57,010 bases of DNA from Acetobacteraceae bacterium (GTDB taxonomy: Bacteria; Pseudomonadota; Alphaproteobacteria; Acetobacterales; Acetobacteraceae): NCBI GenBank assembly GCA_009693795.1, contig SHWN01000001.1, positions 1 to 57,010 of the forward strand, in the 5' to 3' direction. Under the pieces are notes generated by a model. The model was not told the origin of the DNA, did no database searches, and was given only the letters and a program-made list of their open reading frames with translations. Below, piece by piece: positions 10,312-20,765 of this stretch. Both the position numbers and the translations under genes were made by a program. The number at the start of each line of letters is the position of its first letter. Within the stretch, counting starts at the first letter, position 1.

Positions 10312-11507
10312 GTGAACTCTTTAGCGATACGCGCGGCGAGGCGGCGGCCAACATCGTCCTTGCGCAGGCGGGGCCAGTCCTCGACGCCGGCTTTGCTGAT
10401 CAGATGGATGGCGTTCTCGTCGCCGCCCATGATGCCGGTAGCGGGGGAGACATCGTTGGCGACGATCCAGTCGCAGCCCTTGCGGGTGAGCTTTGCTTGC
10501 GCGTTGGCGAGCAGATCGTCGGTCTCGGCAGCGAAGCCGATGACGAGGCTTGGGCGGTTGGGGCCAGGCTTTGCCAGCGTGGCGAGAATGTCTGGGTTGG
10601 GGACAAGGGATAAGGAGGGTGCGGCGACACCTTCCTTTTTCTTAATTTTTCCCGTCGAGGCCTGTTCTACGCGCCAATCGGCCACGGCGGCGGCAGCGAC
10701 AAAAATATCTGCGGGCAACGCAGATTGGCAGGCGGCCAGCATCTCCTCCGCGGTTTCCACACGCCGGATGGAGACGCCAGATGGGTCGGGCTGGTTGACC
10801 GGGCCGCTGACCAACGTTACTCGGGCCCCCAGGCTGGCCAGAGCGGCGGCGATGGCGTGGCCTTGCTTGCCCGACGAGCGGTTGGCGATGTAGCGCACCG
10901 GGTCGATCGGTTCGTGGGTGGGTCCCGACGTGACGACCGCGTGTTTGCCGGACAAAGGTTTGGGTGCGTCCAGCGCCGCTTCGATGGCGGCCAGGATGGC
11001 GGGCGGCTCGGATAGGCGGCCGGGGCCGAATTCGTGGCAGGCCATGGCGCCCTCGTCCGGACCGATGAATGTGACGCCTCGGGCGGAGAGAGTAGAAATA
11101 TTGGCCTGGGTCGCCGGGTGGAGCCACATGCGCACATTCATCGCAGGGGCTACGAGGACGGGTTTGTCTGTGGCAAGCAACAGGGTGGTGGCCAGATCAT
11201 CCGCCAGTCCCGTCGCCATGCGAGCCAGAATATTGGCGGTGGCGGGGGCAACGACGATCAGATCAGCGCTTCGGGAAAGCTGGATATGGCCCATCTCGCT
11301 TTCGTCGGTGAGTGAGAACAGATCGGTATAAGCTTTTGATTCACTGAGAGCTTGCAGCGAAAGCAGGGTGACGAACTGGGCGCCGGCCTCGGTCAGGACG
11401 CAGGTGACGGCGTAGGATTTGCCGCGCAACAGGCGGATCAGCTCCAGCGCCTTGAAGGCGGCGATGCCCCCGGAGACGATGAGGAGGATTTTTTTGTCCA
11501 TGCTCAT
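10308..11507 (-). CDS. coaBC: bifunctional phosphopantothenoylcysteine decarboxylase / phosphopantothenate-cysteine ligase
   Basis: [28 protein letters not shown]... The start at 11507 overlaps the ubiE stop (ATGA). The ORF-track extension upstream of this point has no homology. Confidence 0.9.
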   Translation of the reverse strand: MSMDKKILLIVSGGIAAFKALELIRLLRGKSYAVTCVLTEAGAQFVTLLSLQALSESKAYTDLFSLTDESEMGHIQLSRSADLIVVAPATANILARMATGLADDLATTLLLATDKPVLVAPAMNVRMWLHPATQANISTLSARGVTFIGPDEGAMACHEFGPGRLSEPPAILAAIEAALDAPKPLSGKHAVVTSGPTHEPIDPVRYIANRSSGKQGHAIAAALASLGARVTLVSGPVNQPDPSGVSIRRVETAEEMLAACQSALPADIFVAAAAVADWRVEQASTGKIKKKEGVAAPSLSLVPNPDILATLAKPGPNRPSLVIGFAAETDDLLANAQAKLTRKGCDWIVANDVSPATGIMGGDENAIHLISKAGVEDWPRLRKDDVGRRLAARIAKEFT

Positions 11508-12259
11508 AACCGCCAACCCTGGTGGATCGCGACAATGCCGCCGGAAAGGTTGCGGATCGTGACGCGGGACAATCCAGCCTGCCGCATCATAGCGGCGAGC
11601 GTTTCCTGATTGGGGAACATGCGGATGCTTTCGGCAAGATATTGGTAGCTGGCGCCGTCTTTTGCCACCGCCTGGCCGAGGCGGGGGAGGATCTTGAAGG
11701 ACCAGGCATCGTAGGCGGGGGCGAGGACGGCGACCTGAACGGTCGAAAACTCCAGGCAGAGGAAGCGGCCGCCAGGTCGCAGGACACGGCGCACTTCTCG
11801 CAGCACGGCGCCCTTGTCGGTGCAGTTGCGCAGGCCGAAGGCCATGGAAACGGTGTCGATCGACCGATCCGGAAGCGGCAGGCATTCGGCATCGGCGACG
11901 AGGAAGCTCAGGCCGGCGACATAGCCTCGGTTGATGGCACGGTCGCGGCCGACGCTCAGCATAGCGGCGTTGATATCAGAGAGAATGACCGGGCCACCCC
12001 TCCTGTCGAGCCAGCGGAAAGAAATATCTCCCGTGCCGCCCGCCAGATCGAGCAAGGTTTTGCTAGGCCTGGGGTCTAGCACCTCAACAAATAGTTTTTT
12101 CCAGATTCGGTGCACGCCCAGCGACATCAGATCGTTCATCACGTCGTATTTGCTGGCGACGCTGTCGAACACCGCACGCACCATCGGCTTCTTCGCCGCC
12201 AACGGGACGGGACGAAAACCGAAATCGGTCGTGGGCGCTGGGGTGGGGGTTTCGCTCAT
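11504..12259 (-). CDS. ubiE: ubiquinone/menaquinone biosynthesis C-methyltransferase
   Basis: VFDSVASKYDVMNDLMSLGVHRIWK and DLAGGTGD SAM motifs. Start at MSETPTP (12259). Confidence 0.9.
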   Translation of the reverse strand: MSETPTPAPTTDFGFRPVPLAAKKPMVRAVFDSVASKYDVMNDLMSLGVHRIWKKLFVEVLDPRPSKTLLDLAGGTGDISFRWLDRRGGPVILSDINAAMLSVGRDRAINRGYVAGLSFLVADAECLPLPDRSIDTVSMAFGLRNCTDKGAVLREVRRVLRPGGRFLCLEFSTVQVAVLAPAYDAWSFKILPRLGQAVAKDGASYQYLAESIRMFPNQETLAAMMRQAGLSRVTIRNLSGGIVAIHQGWRL

Positions 12260-12289
12260 GGGATGGCACGTATAGCCTAATTGATACTC

Positions 12290-13129
12290 ATGCCGGAACT
12301 CCCAGAAGTTGAAACCGTGATGCGTGGCCTGCGCCCTGTGCTGGAGGGGAAGCGGATCGCGCGCGCGCTGGTGAACCGGGCCGATCTGCGCTGGGCATTG
12401 CCTCCGCATTTGGCAAAGCGTTTGACGGGGGCGCGCGTCGAAAATTTTCGCCGGCGTGGCAAATATATTCTAATGCGGTTGCAGGGTGGCGATAGCGTGC
12501 TGATCCATCTGGGCATGTCCGGGCGCATGCTGATCGGCCATGTGGGGGCGAACACCGAGACCAAACACGAACATCTGGTGATTGAGACGGAAGATGGCGG
12601 GCGGGTGGGGTTTGTCGATCCCCGCCGGTTTGGTTCAATTGATCTGGTACGTACCGATGCCGAAGACCATCATAAGCTGCTTGCTGGGATGGGGCCGGAA
12701 CCGCTGGATGATGCGTTCAATGCGGCCAGCCTGTCGGCTTCGTTGAATGACCGACGCACGCCGATCAAGGCGGCGCTGCTCGATCAGTCCGTGGTCGCGG
12801 GGCTTGGTAACATATATGTGTGTGAGGCGCTGTTTCGGGCCGGAATTTCGCCCTTGCGTCTGGCACGCACTGTTCCCGGCGCGCGTGCAGCTCGGTTGGT
12901 GTTGGAGATCAAGGCGACATTGCGCGAGGCCGTTGCAGCCGGTGGCTCCAGTTTGCGCGACTATGTTCAACCAGATGGCGAGCTGGGCTATTTTCAGCAC
13001 GCATGGAAAGTCTATGGACGTGAGGGAGAACCCTGTCCCGAGTGCCCTGGAATGCTGGGTTGCAAGGGGATCAAGCGTATCGTGCAATTGGGGCGCAGCA
13101 CCTTCTATTGCCCGCGCGCCCAGCGCTAG
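12290..13129 (+). CDS. mutM: formamidopyrimidine-DNA glycosylase
   Basis: [11 protein letters not shown]-terminus and a C-terminal zinc finger (CPECPG...FYCPRAQR). Confidence 0.9.
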   Translation: MPELPEVETVMRGLRPVLEGKRIARALVNRADLRWALPPHLAKRLTGARVENFRRRGKYILMRLQGGDSVLIHLGMSGRMLIGHVGANTETKHEHLVIETEDGGRVGFVDPRRFGSIDLVRTDAEDHHKLLAGMGPEPLDDAFNAASLSASLNDRRTPIKAALLDQSVVAGLGNIYVCEALFRAGISPLRLARTVPGARAARLVLEIKATLREAVAAGGSSLRDYVQPDGELGYFQHAWKVYGREGEPCPECPGMLGCKGIKRIVQLGRSTFYCPRAQR

Positions 13130-13164
13130 CTACGTAACACACCTGTTCTGTTGGAGAGCATCAC

Positions 13165-13941
13165 ATGGCCGCGTATGAGATGATCCTTGTCGAGACTCAT
13201 GGCGCGGTCGGGCTGGTCCGCCTCAACCGCCCGACAGCGCTCAATGCGCTGTGCGATCAGTTGATGCAGGAGTTGGCTAAGCAATTGCGCGTTTTCGATG
13301 CCGACGATGCGATTGGCGCCATCGTGCTGACCGGATCGGAGCGTGCCTTCGCCGCCGGCGCGGATATCAAGGAGATGCAGCCGCGTATTTATCCGGACGT
13401 GTTCAGGAATGATTTCATCAGTGCCAACTGGGAAGTCGTCACCACCATTCGCAAGCCGGTGATCGCCGCGGTGGCGGGGTTCGCATTAGGCGGTGGCTGC
13501 GAATTGGCGATGATGTGCGATATGATCATCGCCGCCGACAGCGCGAAATTCGGTCAGCCGGAAATTAATCTCGGTGTCATTCCCGGTGTTGGTGGCACGC
13601 AGCGCCTGACACGCGCGATCGGCAAGGCGAAAGCGATGGATCTGGTGCTCACCGCGCGCATGATGGATGCGACGGAGGCGGAGCGCGCCAGCCTTGTCTC
13701 TCGCGTGGTTCCGGCGGATCAACTGATCGCGGAAGCGATCAAGACGGGCGAAAAAATAGCCTCCTTGTCGCCAGTGGCGATGGCGATGGCGAAACAATCG
13801 GTCAATCGTGCGTTTGAAACCACCCTGGCGGAAGGCGTGCGGTTTGAACGGGCCTTGTTCCTATCGATGTTCGGCACGCCGGATCAGAAAGAGGGCATGG
13901 CGGCATTTATTGAAAAGCGGAAGCCGAATTTTTCCAAATGA
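13165..13941 (+). CDS. enoyl-CoA hydratase (crotonase family)
   Basis: 258 aa; [10 protein letters not shown] and [11 protein letters not shown] motifs. Confidence 0.85.
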   Translation: MAAYEMILVETHGAVGLVRLNRPTALNALCDQLMQELAKQLRVFDADDAIGAIVLTGSERAFAAGADIKEMQPRIYPDVFRNDFISANWEVVTTIRKPVIAAVAGFALGGGCELAMMCDMIIAADSAKFGQPEINLGVIPGVGGTQRLTRAIGKAKAMDLVLTARMMDATEAERASLVSRVVPADQLIAEAIKTGEKIASLSPVAMAMAKQSVNRAFETTLAEGVRFERALFLSMFGTPDQKEGMAAFIEKRKPNFSK

Positions 13942-14046
13942 TGAAAATCGACTGGAAAACGGGGGCAACTCTGTCGCAAAAAAGTCACGTCCGAAAGGGC
14001 AAATGCATGATTGGCCGCATGATGGACAATTCCGCCCAACCCTTTC

Positions 14047-14075
14047 TTGACTTGCTGGCGTTCGCCCCATAGGCT
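14047..14075 (+). promoter_or_regulatory. candidate sigma-70 promoter of rpsT (TTGACT-17 nt-TAGGCT)
   Basis: -35 at 14047-14052 and -10 at 14070-14075, read directly. Its position about 90 nt upstream of the rpsT ATG is plausible. Confidence 0.5.
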
Positions 14076-14164
14076 AGCTCTGTCTCCCCGTCCTCGTCAT
14101 CGGGGAGTTTCCTATTTATTCAGACCACCTTATCTCCATTCCCCCCTATGTGACGCTGGAGCCC

Positions 14165-14434
14165 ATGGCCAATACCGCATCCGCGCGTAAGCGCATTCGT
14201 CAGATCGAACGTCGTACAGAACGCAACACCGCGCGCCGCTCGCGTATGCGAACCGCGATCAAGAAAGTGGAAACCGCAATCGCCGGCGGCGACAAGGCTG
14301 TTGCCGTGGAAGCCCTGCGTGCCGCGCAGCCGGAAATGCAGCGCGCGTCCTCGAAGGGTGTGGCACACAAGAATACCATCGCGCGAAAGATTTCACGCTT
14401 GTCCGCACGCGTGAAGGCGATTGCGACGTCCTGA
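14165..14434 (+). CDS. rpsT: 30S ribosomal protein S20
   Basis: [21 protein letters not shown]... Confidence 0.9.
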   Translation: MANTASARKRIRQIERRTERNTARRSRMRTAIKKVETAIAGGDKAVAVEALRAAQPEMQRASSKGVAHKNTIARKISRLSARVKAIATS

Positions 14435-14504
14435 CGCAACCGTTTTCGTATTGCGCCGTCTCAGTTGAGAAGACGGTAAAAAAATATAGCTCTAGGTATT
14501 AAAA

Positions 14505-14545
14505 AATAGCGCGCATGCCAACATTTGGTGGACGCGCTATTTTTC
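14505..14545 (+). terminator. intrinsic terminator after rpsT
   Basis: A 9-bp stem (aatagcgcg at 14505-14513, cgcgctatt at 14533-14541) followed by a T-run ending at 14545. Confidence 0.6.
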
Positions 14546-14764
14546 TAAGAAAGACCGAATTATATTGGTATTTTCGACAGTTTTGCATTGCTAGAATTCT
14601 TCACTCTGTTATATTTGGTGCTTCGTGCTGGTCATCAGGGGCGGATTTCACGGAGCGGGGACAGGGTGGCTTCAGAAAGCGGCGACAGGGCTGAAATGCC
14701 CATCCAGCCCGAGGAAGCCGGGCTACAGGACGCTGGATTAGCGGCCGCGCGGGCGGGGGCCAGG

Positions 14765-16270
14765 ATGGCGAAAATGGCCGTATCGCAATCGATGGCTCCC
14801 CAATCCACTGCCCCCCAATTAGCGGCACAATGGGCCCGCATCCGCGGCCAATTGCAGGGCGAGGTCGGTGAGGTTGAATACCGGACCTGGCTCAAGCAAA
14901 TGACCCTGGCCGGGTTGGATGGCGACGAAATTACCGTGCATCTACCCACCCGCTTCCTCCGTGATTGGGTGCGCAGCCATTATGGCGACCGGCTGGTGGC
15001 GCTGTGGCAGTTGGAAAACCGCCAGATCCGCCGGGTTGAGTTCCGTGTCCGCACTTCAACGCCCGCGCTGAATACGTCCGGTGCCCATGACGCTGGCACG
15101 AACGGAACTGCTGCGCCTATCGTAGGAGGCCATGCCGGCGGGCAGGACGTGCCCGTGCCTCACTCTGCCAACGCCACGCCGACGATCTCCATTGCGCCGG
15201 CATCTAGTATCACACCGGAACCGCGCGCCGAGGCCACGGCCGGGCTAGATCCGCGCTTTACCTTCGAAAGCTTCGTCGTCGGCAAGCCAAATGAATTCGC
15301 CCATGCCTGTGCCCGTCGCGTGGCGGAACAACCGGCCAGCGCCGGCTTCAACCCATTGTTTTTGTACAGCGGCGTTGGGCTGGGCAAAACTCATCTGATG
15401 CATGCCATTGCCTGGGAGCTGACCAACCGGCGCCAAGCCGGGGGGCGGCCCGCCACGATTGCCTATATGTCAGCCGAGACTTTTATGTATCGCTTCATCG
15501 CCGCCATCCGCAGCCAGTCCACCATCGATTTCAAGCTGCAACTCCGCAGTGTCGATGTCCTGATGATTGACGATCTACAATTCCTCATCGGCAAGGACAA
15601 CACGCAGGAAGAGTTTTTCCACACCTTCAACGCCCTCGTCGAGGCCGGACGGCAGATTGTTATCTCAGCCGACAAATCGCCCTCCGATCTCTCGGGGCTG
15701 GAGGATCGGCTGCGCACGCGGCTGGGCTGCGGGATGGTGGCCGACCTGCATGCCACAACACTCGAATTGCGCATTGCCATCCTCGAAGCCAAGGCGGCGC
15801 GTTTTGGCACGGATGTGCCGCACAGGGTGCTGGAATTTCTTGCCCACAAGATCACCGCAAATGTGCGGGAACTGGAAGGGGCACTGAACCGGCTGGTCGC
15901 GCATGCCAATCTGTTCAACCGCCCAATCACGCTGGAGGCGACGCAGGAAGTGCTGCACGATCTGCTGCGCGCGCAAGATCGGCGGGTCTCCATCGAGGAG
16001 ATCCAGAAGAAAGTCGCCGAACACTGGAATATCCGGCTGACGGACATGTCCTCGGCGCGGCGCGCTCGCGCGGTGGCGCGGCCCCGGCAGGTCGCGATGT
16101 TTCTGGCCAAGCAACTCACCTCGCGGTCCTTGCCGGAAATTGGCCGGCGGTTTGGCAACCGGGACCATACAACGGTAATGCATGCCATTGCCCGGGTCAG
16201 CGATCTGATGAAGACCGATACCGTACTGGCCGAGGATGTGGAATTGCTGCGCCGGATGCTGGAATCCTGA
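14765..16270 (+). CDS. dnaA: chromosomal replication initiator protein DnaA
   Basis: Contains the AAA+ Walker A (GVGLGKTHLMHA) and the C-terminal DNA-binding domain (DHTTVMHA). The start is uncertain: ATGs at 14765, 14774 and 14792 all precede the conserved N-domain, and the ORF itself opens at 14588. Confidence 0.9.
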   Translation: MAKMAVSQSMAPQSTAPQLAAQWARIRGQLQGEVGEVEYRTWLKQMTLAGLDGDEITVHLPTRFLRDWVRSHYGDRLVALWQLENRQIRRVEFRVRTSTPALNTSGAHDAGTNGTAAPIVGGHAGGQDVPVPHSANATPTISIAPASSITPEPRAEATAGLDPRFTFESFVVGKPNEFAHACARRVAEQPASAGFNPLFLYSGVGLGKTHLMHAIAWELTNRRQAGGRPATIAYMSAETFMYRFIAAIRSQSTIDFKLQLRSVDVLMIDDLQFLIGKDNTQEEFFHTFNALVEAGRQIVISADKSPSDLSGLEDRLRTRLGCGMVADLHATTLELRIAILEAKAARFGTDVPHRVLEFLAHKITANVRELEGALNRLVAHANLFNRPITLEATQEVLHDLLRAQDRRVSIEEIQKKVAEHWNIRLTDMSSARRARAVARPRQVAMFLAKQLTSRSLPEIGRRFGNRDHTTVMHAIARVSDLMKTDTVLAEDVELLRRMLES

Positions 16271-16408
16271 GTTTCCGTCCGCAAACCCCGCTTGGCGGGA
16301 CTGGCGGCCGGTTGCTACACTGTTTTTCCGAATCCGGCGCGTATGGTGCCATCTGGCGTGTCGGTGCGGCAGCCCTCGCCGCCAGAGCGTTCGACTGAGG
16401 ACATTGCG

Positions 16409-17533
16409 ATGAAGCTGAAGGCCGACCGAGCCGCTTTCCTGAAGGCGCTTGCCCATGTGCAGAGCGTGGTGGAGCGGCGCAATACCATCCCGATCCTGGC
16501 CAATGTCATGCTGGCGGTGCGCGATTCCAAGCTGACTTTGACCGCCACGGATATGGAAATCGCGGTGTTGGAGGATGTGCCGGCCAGTGCGTCGCGCAAT
16601 GGCGCCTGCACGGCGCCGGCCGCCACCTTGTATGAAATCGTCCGCAAGCTGCCGGATGGAGCGGAAGTGGAACTGGATCATCCTGGCGGGGATGCTCAAC
16701 TGGCCTTGCGGGCGGGGCGCTATGCGACATCGCTGGTGGTGCTGCCAACGGAGGATTTTCCGTCCATGTCGGCTGGCAGTCTGCCGCATAAATTTTCGAT
16801 CCCGGCGCAGGAATTGCGCGGACTGATCGACAGGACGCGGTTCGCCATCTCCACCGAGGAGACACGGTACTATCTGAACGGCATTTATATCCATGCGACC
16901 GAGGCTGATGGCATCAAGGTGTTGCGGGCGGTGGCGACGGATGGGCATCGGCTAGCGCGCGTCGAGTTGCCACTCCCGGAAGGGGCGGGTAGCATACCCG
17001 GGGTGATCGTGCCGCGCAAAACGGTGAACGAGTTGCGCAAATTGCTCGATGAGGCGTCCGGCGATGTGGGTGTCGCACTCTCGGATACGCGCATCCAGCT
17101 TCATGTCGGGCCGGTTACTCTCACGTCAAAGCTGATCGATGGGACATTCCCGGAATACGAACGCGTCATCCCGCGCGACAACGACAAAATTCTACGCGTT
17201 GGCAAAAAGGATTTTTCCGATGCCGTCGCCCGCGTCGCGGCGATTTCATCGGAGCGCTCGCGTCCCGTAAAACTGTCTTTGGCTAAGGATTTGCTGGTGC
17301 TGTCGGCGTCCTCACCCGAGCAGGGTACGGCGACCGAGGAGCTAGATGGCGACCGGGTAAGCTACTCTGCCGGGCCGTTGGAGATCGGGTTCCAGGCGCG
17401 CTATCTGAATGATATCACCGATCAGGTGGGGGATCAGGTGGAATTCCTGTTCTCGGATGGCGCGGCGCCGACGGTGGTGCGCGATGCGGCGGATACCTCG
17501 GCGCTTTATGTCCTGATGCCGATGCGGGTGTGA
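16409..17533 (+). CDS. dnaN: DNA polymerase III beta sliding clamp
   Basis: MKLKADRAAFLKALAHVQSVVERRNTIPILANV...; GAGG lies 8 nt upstream of the ATG. Confidence 0.9.
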   Translation: MKLKADRAAFLKALAHVQSVVERRNTIPILANVMLAVRDSKLTLTATDMEIAVLEDVPASASRNGACTAPAATLYEIVRKLPDGAEVELDHPGGDAQLALRAGRYATSLVVLPTEDFPSMSAGSLPHKFSIPAQELRGLIDRTRFAISTEETRYYLNGIYIHATEADGIKVLRAVATDGHRLARVELPLPEGAGSIPGVIVPRKTVNELRKLLDEASGDVGVALSDTRIQLHVGPVTLTSKLIDGTFPEYERVIPRDNDKILRVGKKDFSDAVARVAAISSERSRPVKLSLAKDLLVLSASSPEQGTATEELDGDRVSYSAGPLEIGFQARYLNDITDQVGDQVEFLFSDGAAPTVVRDAADTSALYVLMPMRV

Positions 17534-18687
17534 GCGAGGCTGCCGCCCGCCGCCTCCTCCGCCTTACACTGACCGATTTTCGGAATTATCCGGCGTTGCT
17601 CTGGCGGCCGGAGACGGCGATCAGTGTGATCGTCGGGCCGAATGGCAGCGGCAAGACCAATCTGCTGGAAGCGGCGTCTCTCCTAGTGCCGGGGCGTGGA
17701 TTGCGTGGGGCGCGGGTGGCTGATTTGTTGCGCCAGGGGGCCAGCGGGGCAGGAGATTGGGCCGTGGCGGGGCGGTTCGCAGGTCCGGATGGAGAATTCG
17801 ATATCGGTACTGGCACCCTGCCCGAGGGGTCACCCGACGCACAGGCCAATCGGCGGGTCTTCCGGCTGAATGGCGCGCCGCCGCGCAGCCAGGCGGAGAT
17901 CGCCTCGCTACTGGCCGCGATATGGCTGACACCACAAATGGAGCGATTATTTCAGGAGGCAGCGTCCGGGCGGCGACGGTTTCTGGATCGATTGGTGTTT
18001 GCGCTGGAGCCTGGGCATGCGCGGGAGGTGGCGTCCTATGAGGCCGCCATGGCCAATCGCAACCGGCTGCTGGCGGAAGCGCGGGGAGACCCGGCGTGGC
18101 TGGCAGGGCTGGAGGATGGCATGGCGCGGCATGGCGTGGCGGCCTCGGCGGCGCGGGCAGGGCTGGTGGCGCGGTTGAACGCGGCCTTGGCCGAGGGGGT
18201 GGCTGCCCCCTTCCCCGCCGCGTACATGACCCTGATCTGCCCGATCGCGGAGCAGCTGCGCGCGGCGCCGGCCTTGGAGGTGGAGGAGTGGCTGCGCGAC
18301 GGCCTGGCGGGTGGACGGGCTCAGGACAGGCAGGCCGGGGCGGCACGGCTGGGGGCGCATCGAGCGGATATGGGGTTGGCGGATGCAGCGAGCGGCATCC
18401 CGGCACAGCTTGCTAGCACCGGACAGCAAAAGGCGCTGTTGATCGGCGTCGTACTGGGCCACGCGGCGCTCATCGCCACTGCGCGGGGCGCACCGCCGAT
18501 GCTGTTGCTGGATGAGCCGGCGGTTCACCTGGACGCGGACCATCGGGCGGCGCTGTGCGCGGCGCTGCGGCGGCTGGGCGGACCAACCTTGGTAACCGGG
18601 ACGGATGCGGAGGCTTATGCGGGGTTACGCGATGAGGCGGGGTTTTGGGCTTGCGCGGCGAGCGGACTGGAGCCGCTGGCAGCTTGA
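17530..18687 (+). CDS. recF: DNA replication and repair protein RecF
   Basis: GPNGSGKTNLLEA Walker A. The GTG start overlaps the dnaN stop (GTGA). Confidence 0.85.
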   Translation: MSEAAARRLLRLTLTDFRNYPALLWRPETAISVIVGPNGSGKTNLLEAASLLVPGRGLRGARVADLLRQGASGAGDWAVAGRFAGPDGEFDIGTGTLPEGSPDAQANRRVFRLNGAPPRSQAEIASLLAAIWLTPQMERLFQEAASGRRRFLDRLVFALEPGHAREVASYEAAMANRNRLLAEARGDPAWLAGLEDGMARHGVAASAARAGLVARLNAALAEGVAAPFPAAYMTLICPIAEQLRAAPALEVEEWLRDGLAGGRAQDRQAGAARLGAHRADMGLADAASGIPAQLASTGQQKALLIGVVLGHAALIATARGAPPMLLLDEPAVHLDADHRAALCAALRRLGGPTLVTGTDAEAYAGLRDEAGFWACAASGLEPLAA

Positions 18688-20762
18688 GTAAGGTCGATCA
18701 TCACACCGCCATCGTTGGTGATTGTAGCGGTCGCATCCTGGGGCACTAGGGTAACGGTGAGGGTATTTTCCAGCAATGCCGGGCCGGATAATTTGGTGCT
18801 GGGCGGTAAGGTCGCAAGATCATGCACCACCATGTTCAGCACGCCGCCGGCCGATTTCAGGAAGACGGGGCGCCGGCGCGCGATGGCGGTCATCGTCGTA
18901 CGCCGGGCCGGCGCGCCGGTCTGGGTGGCGGCGACACGGCCAGTGGCGAGCAGATTCCATTCCGTGAATTCCACCGGATCGTCGGCGCGCACGGCGTAAC
19001 GCTGTTCATGCAGGGTGTGAAACGCCTCCACCAGTTGCGCCAGCGCCGTGGCGTCCGCGATGCGCGGGTGCACCAGTTTCAGAGTGAGTTGCCAGACTTG
19101 GCCGGCATAGCGGGCTTCCGTGGTAAGTTGGAAGGAGCGCTGTGCCGGGGGGACGCGCATACGGTCCAGATAGGCGCTGCCCTCGGCTTCCAAATCGGCG
19201 AGGACGGCATTGACCGCGGCATGGTCGAAGGCGCGGCTGGACGCGAAAAGCGGGCGGGCAAAGCCGAAGCGGATATCCCCGGTAGCGATGCCATAGGCGC
19301 TGAGGACGCCGGCGGGGCCGGGGACCAGAACGAGGCGCATACCGAGCTCGCGCGCGATGGCGCAGGCGTGTAATCCGGCGGCGCTGCCGCCCGCAACGAG
19401 GGTATATTCACGCGGATCGACGCCACGGCGGATGGTGATTTCTTCGATCGCGGCGACCATATTCTGTTCCACGGTCAGCGCAATCAGGCTGGCCGCGTCC
19501 TCGATGTTCATACCAAGAGGTTCTGCCACGTGTTGACGGATTGCCTCCTGGGCGGCGCTGGGAGCAAGCTGGATCTGACCATCAGCGAAATTTTTTGGCT
19601 CGATCAGGCCGAGGGTAAGATTGGCGTCGGTGACGGTGGGAAGCGCTCCTCCCCTGCCATAACAGGCCGGGCCGGGCCAAGCGCCGGCGCTGGCAGGGCC
19701 GACATGGATGAAGCCACCCGCATCGACGCGTGCGATGGAGCCGCCGCCGGCGCCGATGGTGCGCACATCCACGGACGGCACGCCGAACATGTGCCCGCCG
19801 ATGGAACCTTCGCGGTGCATCGGCGTTTCCCAGCCGGTAGTGATGGAGACATCGAAGCTGGTGCCGCCCATATCGATGGTGACGAGATTGCCGCCGGTCA
19901 GATTTTTGGTGGGCAGGTTTGCCGCGCGCGCCAGGACCGTGGCGGCGTGCGGGGCGGCCGAGGGGCCGGAGAGGCAAAGATAGACCGGCTTGGCAAGAAT
20001 TTCCGCCGTGGCGGTGCGCCCGCCATTGGACGTGACGAAGGTGAGCACGCCTTTGAAACCATGCGCGCGCAGGCGGGCCTCGATCTCGGCGATATTGCGC
20101 TGCACGACCGGCTTCAGCGAAGCGTCGATGGCGGTGGCAGAGAAGCGGCGATATTCGCGTAAGCTCGGGCTGACGCGGTGGCTGAGGCTGTAGGGAATAC
20201 CAGGCGATCTTGCTTCCAGAATTTCCCCGATGCGCTGTTCATGCACCGGATTGGCGATGGACCAGATCAGCGCGACGGCCACCGCTTCGACGTTCCAGTT
20301 TTTCATTTGCGCGATGGCGGCATGGATGGCGGGTTCGTCGAGTGGGATCTCGACACCACCCTCGGCATTGATGCGTTCGGCGACGCCAAAGGTAAGGTAG
20401 CGGGGCAGATAAGGGTCCGGGTAATCGAGATAGATATTGTAACTGTCGGTCTTGCCGCCTTCACGGATCAGTAAGGTGTCGCGAAAGCCTTGCGTGCAGA
20501 TCAGGCCGGTTTTCGCCGCCTTGCCTTCCAGGATGGCGTTGGTGGCGACAGTGGTGCCGCAGGCGAGGCTGTCGCAGCTGGCGAGGAGGGCGTTCAGGGC
20601 GAGGCCGCGGCGTTCGGCGATCAGAGTAAGGCCGTTGAAAATGCCATCTGCGATGCGCCCGGGCGTGGTGGAGGATTTGCTGAGATGGATCGCGCCATCT
20701 GCATCACGGAGGACGAAATCCGTGAAGGTGCCGCCGACATCGGCGGCAATATCGATGCCCAT
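18615..20762 (-). CDS. hyuA: hydantoinase/oxoprolinase family, A (beta) subunit
   Basis: 715 aa starting MGIDIAADVGGTFTDFVL, with Hydantoinase_A-type motifs throughout. The last ~24 codons overlap the recF 3' end. Confidence 0.85.
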   Translation of the reverse strand: MGIDIAADVGGTFTDFVLRDADGAIHLSKSSTTPGRIADGIFNGLTLIAERRGLALNALLASCDSLACGTTVATNAILEGKAAKTGLICTQGFRDTLLIREGGKTDSYNIYLDYPDPYLPRYLTFGVAERINAEGGVEIPLDEPAIHAAIAQMKNWNVEAVAVALIWSIANPVHEQRIGEILEARSPGIPYSLSHRVSPSLREYRRFSATAIDASLKPVVQRNIAEIEARLRAHGFKGVLTFVTSNGGRTATAEILAKPVYLCLSGPSAAPHAATVLARAANLPTKNLTGGNLVTIDMGGTSFDVSITTGWETPMHREGSIGGHMFGVPSVDVRTIGAGGGSIARVDAGGFIHVGPASAGAWPGPACYGRGGALPTVTDANLTLGLIEPKNFADGQIQLAPSAAQEAIRQHVAEPLGMNIEDAASLIALTVEQNMVAAIEEITIRRGVDPREYTLVAGGSAAGLHACAIARELGMRLVLVPGPAGVLSAYGIATGDIRFGFARPLFASSRAFDHAAVNAVLADLEAEGSAYLDRMRVPPAQRSFQLTTEARYAGQVWQLTLKLVHPRIADATALAQLVEAFHTLHEQRYAVRADDPVEFTEWNLLATGRVAATQTGAPARRTTMTAIARRRPVFLKSAGGVLNMVVHDLATLPPSTKLSGPALLENTLTVTLVPQDATATITNDGGVMIDLTQAASGSSPLAAQAQNPASSRNPA

Positions 20763-20765
20763 GGT

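Noticed and set aside
14435-14764. Possible oriC in the AT-rich rpsT-dnaA intergenic region.
   Set aside because: I found no 9-mer with better than about 6/9 match to the DnaA box TTATCCACA/TGTGGATAA and no repeated AT-rich 13-mers. Much of the AT-rich part is explained by the rpsT terminator and the dnaA promoter/leader. In many alphaproteobacteria the origin is not next to dnaA. GC-skew analysis of the whole replicon would be needed.
15665-16948. Long antisense ORFs. Examples: 427 aa opposite dnaA/dnaN; also 36396..37565 opposite clpX, 44183..45817 opposite typA, 38917..39873 opposite lon, 21735..22793 opposite hyuB, 28646..29632 opposite the GldG-like gene, and 4195..5238 opposite amiC.
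   Set aside because: They lie opposite strongly supported conserved genes, have Arg/Gly/Pro/His-rich compositions typical of the off-frames of high-GC coding DNA, and show no recognisable motifs. Stop-codon scarcity in GC-rich sequence explains them.
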